From Eledone cirrhosa (Eukaryota), in assembly GCA_964016885.1 (NCBI GenBank), contig OZ024740.1, positions 111,848,001 through 111,912,000 of the forward strand: 64,000 bases of DNA. The letters are read 5' to 3'. A program made the translations under genes and the position numbers. Position 1 is the first letter of the stretch; every line of letters begins with the position of its first letter. The notes below the pieces were generated by a model. That model did no database searches. It worked only from the letters and a program-made list of their open reading frames with translations, and had not been told where the DNA came from. Below are positions 1 through 15,204 of this stretch, piece after piece.

Positions 1-198
1 CAATGGTTTAACTGCGCGATCGGGCATCCAGCCGGATTATTTTTGTCCCCGCGCAAAAAAAAAAAAACTCACTTATTGACAATTATAGGTACGACATACA
101 CACACGCGCATACATACGCGCGCAGACACACGCATACATACACGTGCACACAGCAACACTCATACATACAAACAAACACACACACGCTACTCACTTAT

Positions 199-236
<38 letters not shown>

Positions 237-340
237 TACCGTCATTACTGATACAAGATTACAAGATTATGTCAACTGTTGACTTTCAAGAGTTTGTATA
301 GTTGAAGCCGTTCGTATTACAGTCCAGTATTATTATAATT

Positions 341-498
341 GCTTTACAGCATAGAGCTATGGCTCTCCACGCTCTGAGATTAAATCCCGCCGAGGTCAAC
401 CTTGCCTTTCATCCCCACGGAGTCAACAAAAGAGAGTACCAGTAATGCGCTGGACCAGTCACTGGATCCGTGCCAAAAGCAGAAAAATTATTATTATT
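341..498 (+). mobile_element. tRNA-derived SINE (family A), diverged, 5'-truncated
   Basis: Matches the window's repeated consensus (ctgagattaaatcccgccgaggtcaaccttgcctttcatcc...gtaccagtaatgc...gtgccaaaagcagaaa) and ends in an (ATT)n tail. Confidence 0.8.
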
Positions 499-951
499 AA
501 AGTTGTTTTCTTAAGGCCCGGTCGCTGGTAATGGTGATGGCGGCGTGGTGGTGGTGGTGGTGGCAGTTGATGTTGTTGTTGTGTTGTGTGCGTGTGTGTG
601 TGTGTTTTGTTATTTTGAGTTTTGTTTGTTTGGGGTTTTGGGGGTTTTTTTTATCGTTTGATGCCGCTGTTGTTGTAAATGTTCATTTAAATTCATTCTG
701 AAGCTGTTGTTGCTGTAAACATTAGTGCCGGTGTTGTTGTTGTAGATGTTGGGGTTGAAATCTGGTCGTTTGACTGAGTGATGTATATACACACATATAC
801 ATACATATATATATATATATACACATACATACATACATACATACATACATACATACATACATACATACATACATACATACATACATACATACTTTCACAC
901 ATACATACATTAATATATATGTGTGTATATATATAGATGTATCGAATTTTG

Positions 952-1245
952 GACTCTTTCCACTGCACCTTCCCCAGTTTTGTCTACGTGTCCTGATGCA
1001 CGTTATGCGAGGCCATGTAGACTGGAGGCACAGCTCGTTGACTGGTAAACAGGTTCGTCAAAACCTTTCAGGACATCCGGCTCAACCAACAGTCTCTGGT
1101 CGTCAGTTATTTCTCTTCCGACTGACACACCACTCACCACCTCATATTTTCGGCTTCGCTGTTTGCCTGGGGCCCTTGGACTCACGCCTCATGAGACAAA
1201 AGCCTATCATATTTTCTCTTCACACATTAACTGGAAACTGTTTCT
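952..1245 (+). pseudogene. Decayed GIY-YIG endonuclease of a Penelope-like element
   Basis: Frame from 952 reads DSFHCTFPSFVYVS*CTLCEAM*TGGTAR*LVNRFVKTFQDIRL...VVSYF...*H, then frameshifts to SRLMRQKPIIFSLHTL. This fits the PLE pattern F-C-S-N-VY-I-C-x2-C-Y-GET-R-L-RF-EH...HF...R-E-IF-L-TL, with 4 stops. Confidence 0.7.
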
Positions 1246-2056
1246 TCCTTTAGCCTACTCTTTCCCAGCATCCACCTCACATCCACACTCACACGTACAT
1301 ACACACTACCCCCAGTACCATTTGACCACCTTCACTACCACACCACTCACACACATACATTGACACACTAACGCACATAGATACAATATAACACACACAC
1401 AAACAAAGCTAATTACTTAGTTACACCAACACCATAGATAAATACACATATTTAATTTCACTAACGTTACTAATTAACTAATTAATTATACTAACAAAGC
1501 CGTCTCACACCCACACATATTATTCACTATTGTGACTTTAACTCTCTAAGCACTAAGCCAGGCGCCGTCACTAATGGCTGAATCTAAAGACTGAAACCTC
1601 TAAAAGTATAAAAGAATAGTTTAAAAGTAAAATGTAGATGGAAAGGAGGAAGGCAGAGGAGGGAGGGAGAGAGAAGAGGCAGGAAGTAAAAGGCGAAAAG
1701 ACAAAGAAAAGAAAAAACAAAGAAATGAAATCAAAAAGGCTAAAAAAAAAAGACAAAAGAGTAAGTAAAGAAAAACAAGGGGGTAGTAAAGAAAGACAAG
1801 GGGTAGTAAAAATAAAAAACTGGAATGAGACGATACATGATTGGTGAGGAGGCAGTTTTTATAGTTTTCAATTACAACACATCGACGGTGTGGTAATAAA
1901 AAATGGCGCCTGATCAACTGTATTACATATATATATATATGCTGTGTGTGTGTGTGTATGTGTGTATATATGTATGTGTATATAAGTATGTATATGTATA
2001 TTTGTATATTTTTATACATATATGTACGTGTGTATGTATATTATATCTATCTACTA

Positions 2057-2104
<48 letters not shown>

Positions 2105-2108
<4 letters not shown>

Positions 2109-2746
2109 ATTAAAGTATAGAAATTGTTGTGAGCGTGAAGCCAACAGTATTTCATAATATATAAGTGACTATAGCGTCAAAATGGAAAAATAGTTAACGT
2201 AAGATGTGGGAAAATAATTTAAACCCAATTTTTAAAAAATCAAGACAGATTAATCCATAAAATTTTGTGAAATCCAGGGAAAAATCAATAGAGCATTAAC
2301 TCAGAATAAAATAAACCTTAAATACTCATCCTTCAATTTGGAAAAACTATAAATGCTCTGTATAGTCTTAAAAAGACTATTTCGCGAAACTTTCAGTGGG
2401 GATGGTCACGGTTGGAGTCGTTCATCAGCAGAGCTCAAACACGATAACCCTAAAACCCACTGTAGAATATGCCAAAAAGGTAATTTAAAGACAGGCTAGT
2501 TCGCCTCGTACGTAATTATGAAAAATAAACGCACATTGAGAGACATGGCTACTGACGTCAGAATGAGACGAATGTCTGTTTACATGAAACATCAGTCAAA
2601 ACACATTCAGAAAAAAAACTCTACAAGTGTAAGGAATTCAGCAAAATAGCAATATTATCGCGGTTTTTATTGTTTAAAAAGACCGGGATTAGTCACAAAT
2701 AATTTTAAGCACTCTAGGAGATTTCAGAGTATAAATATAAATTAAA

Positions 2747-2748
<2 letters not shown>
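2105..2748 (-). mobile_element. PLE-derived terminal-repeat fragment(s) between (TA)n tracts
   Basis: Contains a hammerhead (2355-2434). 2110-2200 is homologous to 31213-31310. GCACTC...GAGTA hairpin motif at 2709-2731. Confidence 0.55.
2355..2434 (-). ncRNA. Type I hammerhead ribozyme with full stem III
   Basis: Minus strand: GCTCTG CTGATGA acga...tcgc GAAA TAGTCTT ttt AAGACTA TA/ CAGAGC. Stem I 6 bp, stem III 7 bp plus A-U, first stem II pair mismatched. Confidence 0.75.
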
Positions 2749-2808
<60 letters not shown>

Positions 2809-2818
<10 letters not shown>

Positions 2819-3395
2819 CGTAAAATAAGAAAATCTTTAAAAAAAATTTAAAAAAAAAATTTTAACTTACTTACTTAAATTTTCACTCCAACTAATTAGT
2901 TTCTGCAATGGGATAAAGACAGTTACGTAATCTAACTGTCGAGATTTCATTGCGTCATCAGGGAGTCTATTCTCAGCTATGTCTCCAGGCAATGCGCGGA
3001 CACTGGCGGCTCATATAAAAATAATAATAATTCGGTAGATGGAACAGCTAGCGGGGACTAAATTCCATGCACTGAAATCCTCACTGCCTCTAGTCAAATG
3101 GCCGATTCTAAAGAATCAATCACGTGACACAGAGGCTAGTCAGAATTCTCGACAGTTAGATTACGTAACTGTCTTTATCCCATTGCAGAAACTAATTAGT
3201 TGGAGTGAAAATTTAAGTAAGTAAGTTAAAATTTTTTTTTTAAATTTTTTTTAAAGATTTTCTTATTTTACGTCTTTTATATTATTGTTCTGCATCCTCC
3301 TGCATTGAACCACCTAGGTACTATGACATAACCTGTGTATTTGCTGGCATAGGCGTACATCTGTGCGCTTATGTTAGTTGATATATTAAATTATC
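2809..3395 (-). mobile_element. Palindromic PLE mini-element in (TA)n
   Basis: Apparently perfect ~136-bp inverted arms 2809-2944 and 3147-3282, extension 3283-3395, (TA)n on both sides. Confidence 0.85.
2885..2966 (-). ncRNA. Type I hammerhead ribozyme, extended stem II
   Basis: Minus strand: ACTCC CTGATGA cgcaatg...(gacagtta/taactgtc hairpin)...cattgca GAAA CTAATTAG TT/ GGAGT. Confidence 0.8.
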
Positions 3396-3397
3396 TA

Positions 3398-3448
<51 letters not shown>

Positions 3449-3450
<2 letters not shown>

Positions 3451-3704
3451 CGAAGGAATTGTGATAAGGAACCAGATGGACCATAACGCACCAGAGTAAT
3501 CAATACTTAGGGTAGTAGAGTGGGTAATAGGAAAAAGTATGACCTCGACGGCAGAGCTCAAGCCGTTTCGACGGCTATTTATAGAAATAACCGTCTAATC
3601 GGCTTGAGCTCTGCCGTCGGGGTCATACTTTTTCCTATATATATATAGAGAAATAGCCGTCGAAACGGCTTGAGCTCTGCCGCCGGGGTCATACTTTTTC
3701 CTAT
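3449..3704. mobile_element. Palindromic PLE mini-element with hammerhead 3' halves
   Basis: Inverted arms 3527-3580 and 3585-3638 plus a third copy 3648-3704. Motif GAAAC GGC ttgagctct GCC GTC/ GGGGT. Same family as 31101-31198. Confidence 0.7.
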
Positions 3705-4235
3705 AAATATATATATATAGTGACATGGTAAACTTCTGAAATAAAGTACATGAAATATGGGGAACTGAAGGTGTCCTCTGATGCTGGAATATGGGAGGGT
3801 GCATTGCTTCCTATTGGGGTGGGATGTCTTGGATTTGTTGACATGTACACCATGTTGAAATATGGCATGGTCTCTTGCTTCCTGGTGAAATAATATACCT
3901 TGGATTTGTGGTTAAAAGGATGTTTAAGAACTTGAGAGAAAGACGGATAAAACTCCATTGTAAATATAACAAAAGTATTTAAATGAAAGGTTAATGTTTT
4001 AGAACAGAAGAATCCCTGGGCAATGCCTTAAATGATGTGGATGGTTACAACAACATCACGAATCTGGTGATAGCTTATAGATACCGAAAATAATCTCAGG
4101 TGAAACAGAGTGGAACATAAAACCTGAACACACCCTGGTAGCATCAATCCTGCTTGGCACGGCTGAAGGGAGCAATACTATCGGAAATTACTGAGATCGG
4201 TGAAATAAGGAGTATAAGTTGTATGTAGAATATAT

Positions 4236-4331
4236 TTAACTTTGCCTTTCATCCTTACGGGATCGATAAAATAAAGTACCAGTAATGCACTGGGTAATTG
4301 CTGGCCTTGTGCCAAAAGTAGAAACGATTAT
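4236..4331 (+). mobile_element. SINE family A, 3' half
   Basis: ttaactttgcctttcatccttacgggatcgataaaataaagtaccagtaatgcactgggtaattgctggccttgtgccaaaagtagaaac. Confidence 0.9.
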
Positions 4332-4460
4332 GTATATATATATAGTATTAACACATATAAGTTATATATATATATATATAAATAGAATAGAATGAAACGA
4401 AATTTCATTTCTCACTCTTAGTACGGCACTTACTTAAATGTAAGTATACATACATACATA

Positions 4461-4526
<66 letters not shown>

Positions 4527-4574
4527 CATACTTATATATATATGTATATAAATATATAATATATTATATATGAC

Positions 4575-4637
<63 letters not shown>

Positions 4638-5133
4638 TATACATATTACATATATAATATATTATATATTTATATGCATATATATATCCAGAGAGAGAGG
4701 GGGGAGAGAAAGAGTGAAAGAGAGAGAGAGAGAGAAACACATCTTTATAAAACCTACAAAGCCGAAACAAGAAATTCAATGTGATTACATCATTTACGTT
4801 TCCGGTGTCGTATGTCAAATCCCAAGATAAATGGATGAATCAGCGTGGCTGATTGTGAGGGGTAGCGGGTTGTTATATCTAGTAAAAAACACGGTTGTAG
4901 CATATAGCTCATTTTACACAACTATACATATGTGTGTGTGCGCGTGTGTGCGTGTGTGCGTAGTTATACATGTTTATAGATCTATATATATGTGTGTATG
5001 TACGTATGTATATAACGGTGTCAAATGCCGTCATACGTCAATAGCCACCAAGTGATGGATGACTATAGAAAATGTTGCAACAATGGCAGTGTCTTATTAT
5101 TGTCTCAGCCCTAGGCAGGAACAAATGAGTGAA

Positions 5134-5192
<59 letters not shown>

Positions 5193-5195
<3 letters not shown>

Positions 5196-5574
5196 TTGAG
5201 TACAGCATTAACGAAGCTTAGTTCGCGGCCAAGCTAACGAATGCAAATTCGGTCTGTAGCTTTAGCACTCTGATGGGGAAAAGTACCCCAGAGTAATAAC
5301 AACACGTTTAGACAGCTTAGCGAATCAAATATATCGATCGGCAGTCCAGCCGCATCACTAGAGCAACGAAAATACAGGACTCAAGAAAAGATTTTAGACT
5401 ACCAAAGGAATATTCAACTGATAAGGTATGTTTTCCTTGGCTATGTCAAAATTTGTAAAACACTCTTTGTATTTTATCTGATGAAAGCGTACCAAAGTTT
5501 TGGGTACCCTTGAAATATATATAATAGAATAAATATGCTTTTATAAACATAATTTCCATTTATTTAATATTATT
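5193..5574 (+). mobile_element. PLE terminal-repeat fragment between (TA)n tracts
   Basis: 3' part is homologous to 44640-44778. Carries a hammerhead and the GCACTC...GAGTA motif at 5265-5295. Confidence 0.8.
5470..5531 (+). ncRNA. Minimal type I hammerhead ribozyme
   Basis: TATTTTAT CTGATGA aagcgtacc aaagtttt gggtaccctt GAAA TATATA TA/ ATAGAATA. Confidence 0.85.
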
Positions 5575-5662
5575 GTGTATATATATATATATAAAGAAAA
5601 AAAAGATGAAATCGAAAATGCAACTGGAGTCTTATTTTAAAAAAAATATATATTTATTTGGT

Positions 5663-5702
5663 TCCTTTACCGGTTTCGCAGTTCTTCTGCTTTTCAAAAG
5701 TA
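5663..5702 (-). ncRNA. Degenerate hammerhead
   Basis: Minus strand: actt TTGAAAA GCAG aagaa CTGC GAAA CCGG TA/ aagg. Two substitutions in the core. Confidence 0.4.
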
Positions 5703-5849
5703 GAGTTGAGATGGAGAGTTGTGGTTTTTATCACGGATTTCTTTACATATATATATATATATGTAAAAGGTAAACAGAAATAACAACACAATCGGTACAG
5801 TATATGGAAAGGATATATTAGGTTAACGCTTGATATAGCAGGAAGAGGG

Positions 5850-5885
5850 TCTTAACGTTTCGGACGCTAGTCCTTCATCGGAAGA
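5850..5885 (-). ncRNA. Minimal hammerhead (CCGAUGA variant)
   Basis: Minus strand: TCTT CCGATGA a GGAC tagc GTCC GAAA CG TT/ AAGA. Confidence 0.65.
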
Positions 5886-6016
5886 ACGAATGAGAAATAA
5901 GATAGATTGAGGGGACGGGCGGGTTGTAATTGGAAAAAATGTCTTTAGATAAAATAACAAGTTCATTCATGTTGACATCTCTTGCAAAACTGTTATGTGT
6001 ATGTCTATGCGTGTGT

Positions 6017-6103
<87 letters not shown>
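6017..6103 (+). repeat. (GTA)n microsatellite
   Basis: Direct inspection. Confidence 0.95.
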
Positions 6104-6104
<1 letters not shown>

Positions 6105-8349
6105 CAGCCTATGGGAGTGGTGTTTCCCTGGCACATTGGTTCGGAGTCACCAATGTATCTAGAATAAGCCGTTAATACCTGAAAATAGTATTGTACCACC
6201 TTGAAAATTTCTCCGAGGTGCCTGCCAGTTAACGTCTGGTACCAAACACGTAGCTTAGTGGCTACAGTGCGGTTATTCTCAGTGTGGCACCGCTACCACT
6301 CCATCAGGAGTTACGGGTCCATACAATACATCTAGTATAACAAGTGAACACATAATGAATGCCGTGTTTAATCTGTATTAACTGGCTGTTTTGTGGAGAG
6401 AGAACTCAATCTGGAGTAGGAAGTGATACTAATTATTTGGTTTCCTTCTTTGTGATGAAATTTATGAAACTTACTGAAATATAGTGTCTTTAACCTTTCC
6501 ATAATCAATAAAGCGGAAACGTGCCACTAATGTACTGATTACAGGATTCAGTTAGTTATACCCCTTAAATCATACCTTCTACAGATTTGTATTAGTTAAA
6601 ACGGAAAATTTTGTTATTATTAGCAACATCATTTTACCGAATACTGGGTATCTGGAATTGTTATACACATATTTTTCATTAAAAAAACATGTGTTTATAT
6701 TTTCAAGTGGAAAGTGTAAACCGACTCAATTGAAAGGAAGTTTATTCGTCAGTGAATGAGAGAGCACCTACAATGGACCCACAAAGACAGAACTCAATCT
6801 ATTCAGATAATGAAGGACTTCAAACAGATGACTTGTATCTCTAGAAAGCGGGACTATATTTTATTACAAACAAATAGTGTAACCCGAATCGTGGAGGAAA
6901 TTTGGATTGGTGGAGAGAAACTTATTAGAAACTCGGCGAGTAACATAAAACATCATGTTTTCCTCGTATTTCCGTACCCCCCACTCTCTCTCTCTCTCCC
7001 TCTCTCTCTCAATAAGCACATCCGGCTGGTGAAAAAATAAAAATATTGCCCCACAAAACGTCAACAAATATTCACTAGCCAATGTCTGTTTTCCATTGCA
7101 AAGAGGCTGTGTGTTAGTTATTTATGTATTCGCAGCCTTTAATTTAACTCTATCCTCTTTGTTTTTCTTGTCAACTTATATGGAACGGTTGTATGTATAA
7201 AGTAATGTCAATTATATGAGTGATCCCAACGGATGTGTTCCATACAAAACTTTGACACATTCGTAACAGTTTTTCCTTTTATTCTTCTATTATTGTTTTA
7301 TTTTTTTATTTTTTATTTTTTTATTTTTTTATTTTTTTATTTTTTTATTTTTTTATTTTTTTATTTTTTTTATTTTTTTATTTTTAAGTTAGAATAGTTA
7401 AAGGCAATACACCCGTTAAATGCAACAACACCCCGTTTCGAGAATGACTTGCAGGTGTGGACTTGAAAAACTTAATATGTCTGCTTTTCTTTACGAACTT
7501 TTAACCATATCAAAACTATTTTTTTCTTACATTGTCTCTATTGTATATCTGTCTTGTTCGCTTTCGCTTCAAACCACTTGTTAGTTTGACGTTCACCTGA
7601 ATAATAGCGAGATAGAATAAGAGTAAAATAGGAGTTTGTTTGGGCCCAAGCGCCCTATGTTTTAGTTTGTTTGTTTTAGGTATTTTCTTTTATTTTATTA
7701 TATTTCGTCTATTTAAACGTCCTGTAATGTGAAACATGCCGCTTGATACTTTGTTGTCCATACTATTGTAGAGACACTATCATCGGGGCACATCAGAGGC
7801 TGTCTTTAGAACATCGCGTCTGCTTAAGAAGTTACTTGATCTTCAACTTGTCATTATACATATCTGTATAGAACATCTTCTTTTCTACTTTTTAAAAAAA
7901 AATAATTTGAACACGTTTCTACACATCTTATAACTTCACGTTTTTGTCATTTGTCGCTGCTATATCAGTTTAATTGCACGGATCCTTCGCTCAAGAAGGA
8001 AGCCTCTATGTGGTTTTTACAACTGTTGAAAGCAGCTGCTATATCTGCCCTAAATCTTATTATACAGCTTTATATTTTAAAAGAAATGTACTCTTTGGAT
8101 GGAAAATGTAGTTTTAACATTTTAAACTACATTATCCACCCAATAAGTGATGAACATTTAAAATTTAAATGTTTATCACCTTGGACTGATATTTTATTTT
8201 ATTGAGTTCATAAAGGCGAAGTTGGTCGCAGTGGGATTTCAATACAGAGCACACATAATTAGAACAAGTATTTCATTTTGTCAGACGCTCTAACAATTCA
8301 GCGAAACCACTGTCATTGAATTGATATTTTTCTAGTAAGTGCTTGTGGA

Positions 8350-10460
<2,111 letters not shown>

Positions 10461-10667
10461 AGCGGCCTCCCCTCTTTCTCTAAACCTTCGCTAACCCTAC
10501 GTCATATAACTCTCCTAAATACAATGAATTTCATTGCTAATCCTTTTTAGCTGGACAACTCTCCGGGGAATATTCCACTAAAGGAAGAGTTACGTTATCA
10601 ATTTGGTGGTAGTGGGGGAGAGGGAACACCACACATTGACCATACACTGACCATATATTACCATACG

Positions 10668-10860
10668 ATGGACCTCCGTTGGTTTCGACGAAGTGTGTTT
10701 TAGTTATTCGATCCACGGAACTAACTCCTCATGAAATGAAATTAACGTATAAGTGACTGAGCATTCTACTGACACGTGTAACTTTGACGTAATTCTCAAG
10801 GAATTTCACCGTAACACTATGTGGACTTTGCGGACCTTTTAAATTGAGGTGCAGTTCATC
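10668..10860 (-). mobile_element. SINE family B fragment, diverged
   Basis: Similar to 45045-45150 (gtg.ctga..attc.ac.ga...gt......taacgta.ttctca). Confidence 0.55.
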
Positions 10861-11116
10861 CGACACTCCTTCACTTAATTTCCGTCCTCTCCACTCAATT
10901 TCACTCACAATACATGGGTCGACCCGATGTTATCGTTAATTACAGTTGCTCAAAATACCACACAGTGGTATTGGATCCACTCTCTAATGATTGCAAAGCG
11001 GACTCCCCAAGAATTTGCTCATGATAGGTCCTCACTCTACCATATAACAAACAGACGGAGCAGTCGATTGGAATGTTCAGCTAAAAGTTATTTTCATATT
11101 ATATGGTCTGAATGTA

Positions 11117-11289
11117 TGAGGGTCGTCTGAAAACTCCATATGCTGACCACGATACTCTCATGGAATGACCAAATGTGTTAGTTAGTAATAAGTTAGTAAT
11201 AAGAATAGTTGAAATTAATGCATACTAGATTTCACAGAATTAACATCACTCCTTCATAGTCAGCATATGAACTTTTCAGCCCACTCTCG
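11117..11289. mobile_element. Mariner-type MITE
   Basis: TA-flanked imperfect TIRs tgagggtcgtctgaaaactccatatgctgac / gtcagcatatgaacttttcagcccactctcg. Reverse-orientation relative of 62562-62755. Confidence 0.8.
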
Positions 11290-11377
11290 TATAGCGGTTT
11301 ATAATTGATGGCTTCTTTTGGAGTAGACAAAAGACCAGCTGTTTTTGGTGAGCTGAGCTAATTAAATTGGCTTAACT

Positions 11378-11450
11378 GGTACTTTGTTTTATCTACGACG
11401 GAAGGAGAAAAGATAAAGTACACTTTGACGGGATTTAAACTCAGAACATA
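11378..11450 (-). mobile_element. SINE family A fragment, old
   Basis: Diverged reverse complement of the B-box/central domain (ggtactttgttttatc...gggatttaaactcagaac). Confidence 0.6.
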
Positions 11451-12033
11451 AACATCCGGAATTCAACAGACAACTAATATTAATGCAATACTGTATTACT
11501 ACTAATGACACGGTAAAATATTCTATTGCTTCACTCTCAAAAGTTAAATAAAATTTATGTATTCGTTATCATATACAAATAGTATATTCAAAGATAATGG
11601 ATAATATGTTGTGAGTTGAGTTGTCAACTGATATAGCCGGTTTAAAGCATATGGTGTTAAATATATTTAAATGTTACAATGACTAAACGTTAAGGTGAAA
11701 TCATTTGAAACAACAAAACATTTCAAACATGAATCCAAAGATATACAACTTAATCCATCCAATATTCATTCTGGGCAGAAACTCCATTCATGTAATCAGG
11801 ATTCAGCTGAATTATCATTATATACGAATACGTATATGTATAAGAGGTGAATAAATAAATAAATAACAATTATTTACATTAATTGTTATGTTAAGAGAAT
11901 ATATATAGTCTATGATAATTTTTAAATAATCAATAATACTGAATGAATAGTTGATATTGATTCTTACATGAAAAGTTGCTGTTGTTTCAAAAACTTATTT
12001 TATTTTAAGCTTTAGTCGTTGGAACATTTAGAC

Positions 12034-12561
12034 CAGTGGTTCTTAACCTGGAATGTCAGTACCCCTAAAGGGTTCGAGATTCGATTCTTGGGGGAGCTAG
12101 TTTCGGTTCTTGGCGATGCGAGTTTCGGTTCTTGGGGGTGCGAGTTTCGGTTTTGGGGGTGCGAGATTCGGTCTTGGGGGTGGAAGTTTCGGTTCTTGGG
12201 CGTTCGAGTTTCGGTTATTGGGAGTGCGAGTTTCGGTCTTGGGGTTTCGAGTTTCGGTTCTTGGAGGTTCGAGTTTCGGTTCTTGGGAGTGCAAGTTTCG
12301 GTTCTTGAGGGATACAAAGAAGAAGCAAGAACAGAAGTAACATTAAAGATTAAAATATTTTGATTGGATATTTTCTGTTATTTTCAAAACAATTGTATCT
12401 ATTAATCATAGAAGTTATTTAATTAAATACTAGCAGCTAAGTAGCTGGTAATTTGACCTGAAAATTCAAGTTCTTTTGTCTTAAGCATTAGGCCTAGGGG
12501 TGTGGGATGGAATTTCAAAATCTTAAGGGATGTCGTGATATAAAAAAGGTTAAAACCACTG
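12034..12561. mobile_element. hAT-type non-autonomous element
   Basis: TIRs cagtggttcttaacct / aggttaaaaccactg with perfect 8-bp TSD atttagac (12026-12033, 12562-12569). Confidence 0.9.
12075..12310 (+). repeat. ~21-22-bp minisatellite inside the hAT element
   Basis: About 11 units of gagtttcggttcttggggtgc-like sequence. Confidence 0.9.
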
Positions 12562-12708
12562 ATTTAGACATGTTTAACACCATATGCTCTAAACCGACTA
12601 TGCAGTTGACAAAAAAACTCCCTACATATCAATTTTCTTTGAATACCTCTTTTTTCCAATATTTTGAGTGGTTTGTTAAGATATTTTATTCATTATTTAT
12701 GGATTTAA

Positions 12709-12895
12709 GGGTGGTGGATTGGCAGTATCGGTAGAGGGTCGGATGCCATGCTTTGACGCATAGAGTTACGGCCCTTTCCATTCTGAGTTCAAATCCCGCT
12801 GAGGTCAACTTTGCCTTTCATCCTTACGGGGTCGATAAAATAAAGTACCCGTAATATACTGGTTAATTGCTGTCCTTGTGCCAAAGGTAGAAACA
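12709..12895 (+). mobile_element. Full-length SINE family A with TSD
   Basis: A-box-like tggcagtatcgg, B-box gagttcaaatcc, 14-bp TSD attatttatggatt (12692-12705, 12896-12909). Central gcctttcatccttacggggtcgataaa resembles the MetaSINE domain (from memory). Confidence 0.92.
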
Positions 12896-13089
12896 ATTAT
12901 TTATGGATTAAATAAACTCTGATGAATCCTATGGTTTGTATTGACTACCTGCAGATAGTTACATCAAATAATTTGATATTAAATGGGCATTCTTATAGGA
13001 GGAAATTATTGTCAATAATTAAATAACTTTAACCTTCAAAATTGGTTAGTCAATTAATTACAATCATACATTGGCTCTGGTTGATTCAA

Positions 13090-13134
13090 ATATAGCATTG
13101 GGCTAAAATATACTTTATAAATATTACTCTCATA

Positions 13135-13200
<66 letters not shown>

Positions 13201-13245
13201 TATGAGAGTAATATTTATAAAGTATATTTTAGCCCAATGCTATAT
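13090..13245. repeat. Inverted duplication centred on (TA)n
   Basis: ~51-bp arms 13090-13140 and 13195-13245 are reverse complements. Confidence 0.9.
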
Positions 13246-13254
13246 ATATAATAT

Positions 13255-13309
<55 letters not shown>

Positions 13310-13538
13310 ATGTATGTGATTGTGAATGTGCACGTGTACGGAGAGTGGGGATGAGTAATTCATGTGAGCAATAGACGGATTTTCACTGGGATTACCTATC
13401 GTATTTTCTCAGAGAATGCTCACACACATACTCGCACACACACACACACACACATACAAACATACATACATACATATATACATACATACATATATACATA
13501 CATACACACATACATACATACATATGTAATGTAAGTGC

Positions 13539-13601
<63 letters not shown>

Positions 13602-13704
13602 CATATATATATATATATAAACATATATATATATATGTGTGTACGTGTGTATCTAGAAATATGCGTGTATGTAAAATCAAACACACACACACACACACAC
13701 ACAT

Positions 13705-13805
<101 letters not shown>

Positions 13806-14182
13806 TATATATATAGATATATCCTCAAAACAGATACAGACATATATATATATATTTTAAAAGCATATGACTCAGTAAGATTAAGTGAAATTTGACCATT
13901 GGCCGGCATAAAGAGTGAAGAGTTTAGTATCCATTCACGAAAGCCTTTTCTAATTTACGATGATGTTTGGGGCTTCCCAACGGATTCCTTATTGTCTAAG
14001 ACGTATGTACGGACAGAAATATGATAACAGCAGCACTTCAACAGAACACAAACCTCATACTGACATTTATATATGACTAGCTCTGACGCTATGAGACGGG
14101 ACGGCGATGTTTGATGTATGTGGATGTATGCAGTATATATATATATATACACACACATATATACACACACATATATATATAC

Positions 14183-14351
<169 letters not shown>

Positions 14352-14424
14352 TATATACCTGTATATATATAAACTATTTATATATGTAAATATATATAGA
14401 AATATAATCATATATACACACAAG

Positions 14425-14457
<33 letters not shown>

Positions 14458-14797
14458 CTTTCTGTATATGTGTGTGTATACAGAGAAAGAGAGATGTATA
14501 TAGCGGGCTATAGAGAGATAACTTCATCATACACTTCTGCTGGTAGCGTGCTTCTCAATATATATCTTAATTAATTACCAACACGGGCGCTAATTATATG
14601 CAAATTAGTACGTCCATTTCAGTATAATACTAAGAGCGAATGGGTGTATATTCCCATCAAATATATGTTTCCTTCATTGGATGATATACATAGCTTCTGC
14701 TGGGGGTCCAATAAGATCCGAAAAGCGATTAAACATGTTTAATTCGCATTTTTCTGGCATGTTTAAATGCGCAGATATTGGGTATGTGCAGTCTCGG

Positions 14798-14882
14798 TTA
14801 CACTCTGCATTCATATATATATATATATATGAATGTAGAGTGTAATATATATATATATATATATATATATGAATGTAGAGTG

Positions 14883-14927
<45 letters not shown>

Positions 14928-14939
14928 TGTAGAGTGTAA

Positions 14940-14970
<31 letters not shown>

Positions 14971-14982
14971 GAATGTAGAGTG

Positions 14983-14985
<3 letters not shown>
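14798..14985. repeat. 15-bp flank inverted and tandemly repeated within (TA)n
   Basis: ttacactctgcattc (14798) followed by four gaatgtagagtgtaa-like copies at 14831, 14871, 14925, 14971. Confidence 0.85.
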
Positions 14986-15054
<69 letters not shown>

Positions 15055-15155
15055 TAATAATATTCGATTCGTTTGCAATTATGCAAACAGCCTCTTTTAA
15101 GCCATATCAGTAGAATGAGCCCCTCATTATTGCTCTTGTGTTGGGATATAAACAG

Positions 15156-15204
15156 AACTGCAGACACTAATGTTTCTGAGTGATTACTCTTCATCAGTGC
15201 AGTT
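15156..15204 (-). ncRNA. Type I hammerhead ribozyme (GUC site)
   Basis: Minus strand: AACTGCA CTGATGA a GAGT aatc ACTC a GAAA CATTAGTG TC/ TGCAGTT. Perfect 7-bp stem I. Confidence 0.85.

Noticed and set aside
12709-12800. tRNA genes at A/B-box motifs (also 15290-15350, 18700-18780)
   Set aside because: No complete cloverleaf seen; these are SINE heads or tRNA-derived fragments.
12919-13025. CTGATGA...GAAA with stem II- and stem III-like pairing
   Set aside because: No stem I pairing; at best a decayed hammerhead.
14798-14985. CRISPR-like repeat-spacer pattern
   Set aside because: The spacers are just (TA)n; eukaryotic context and no cas genes.
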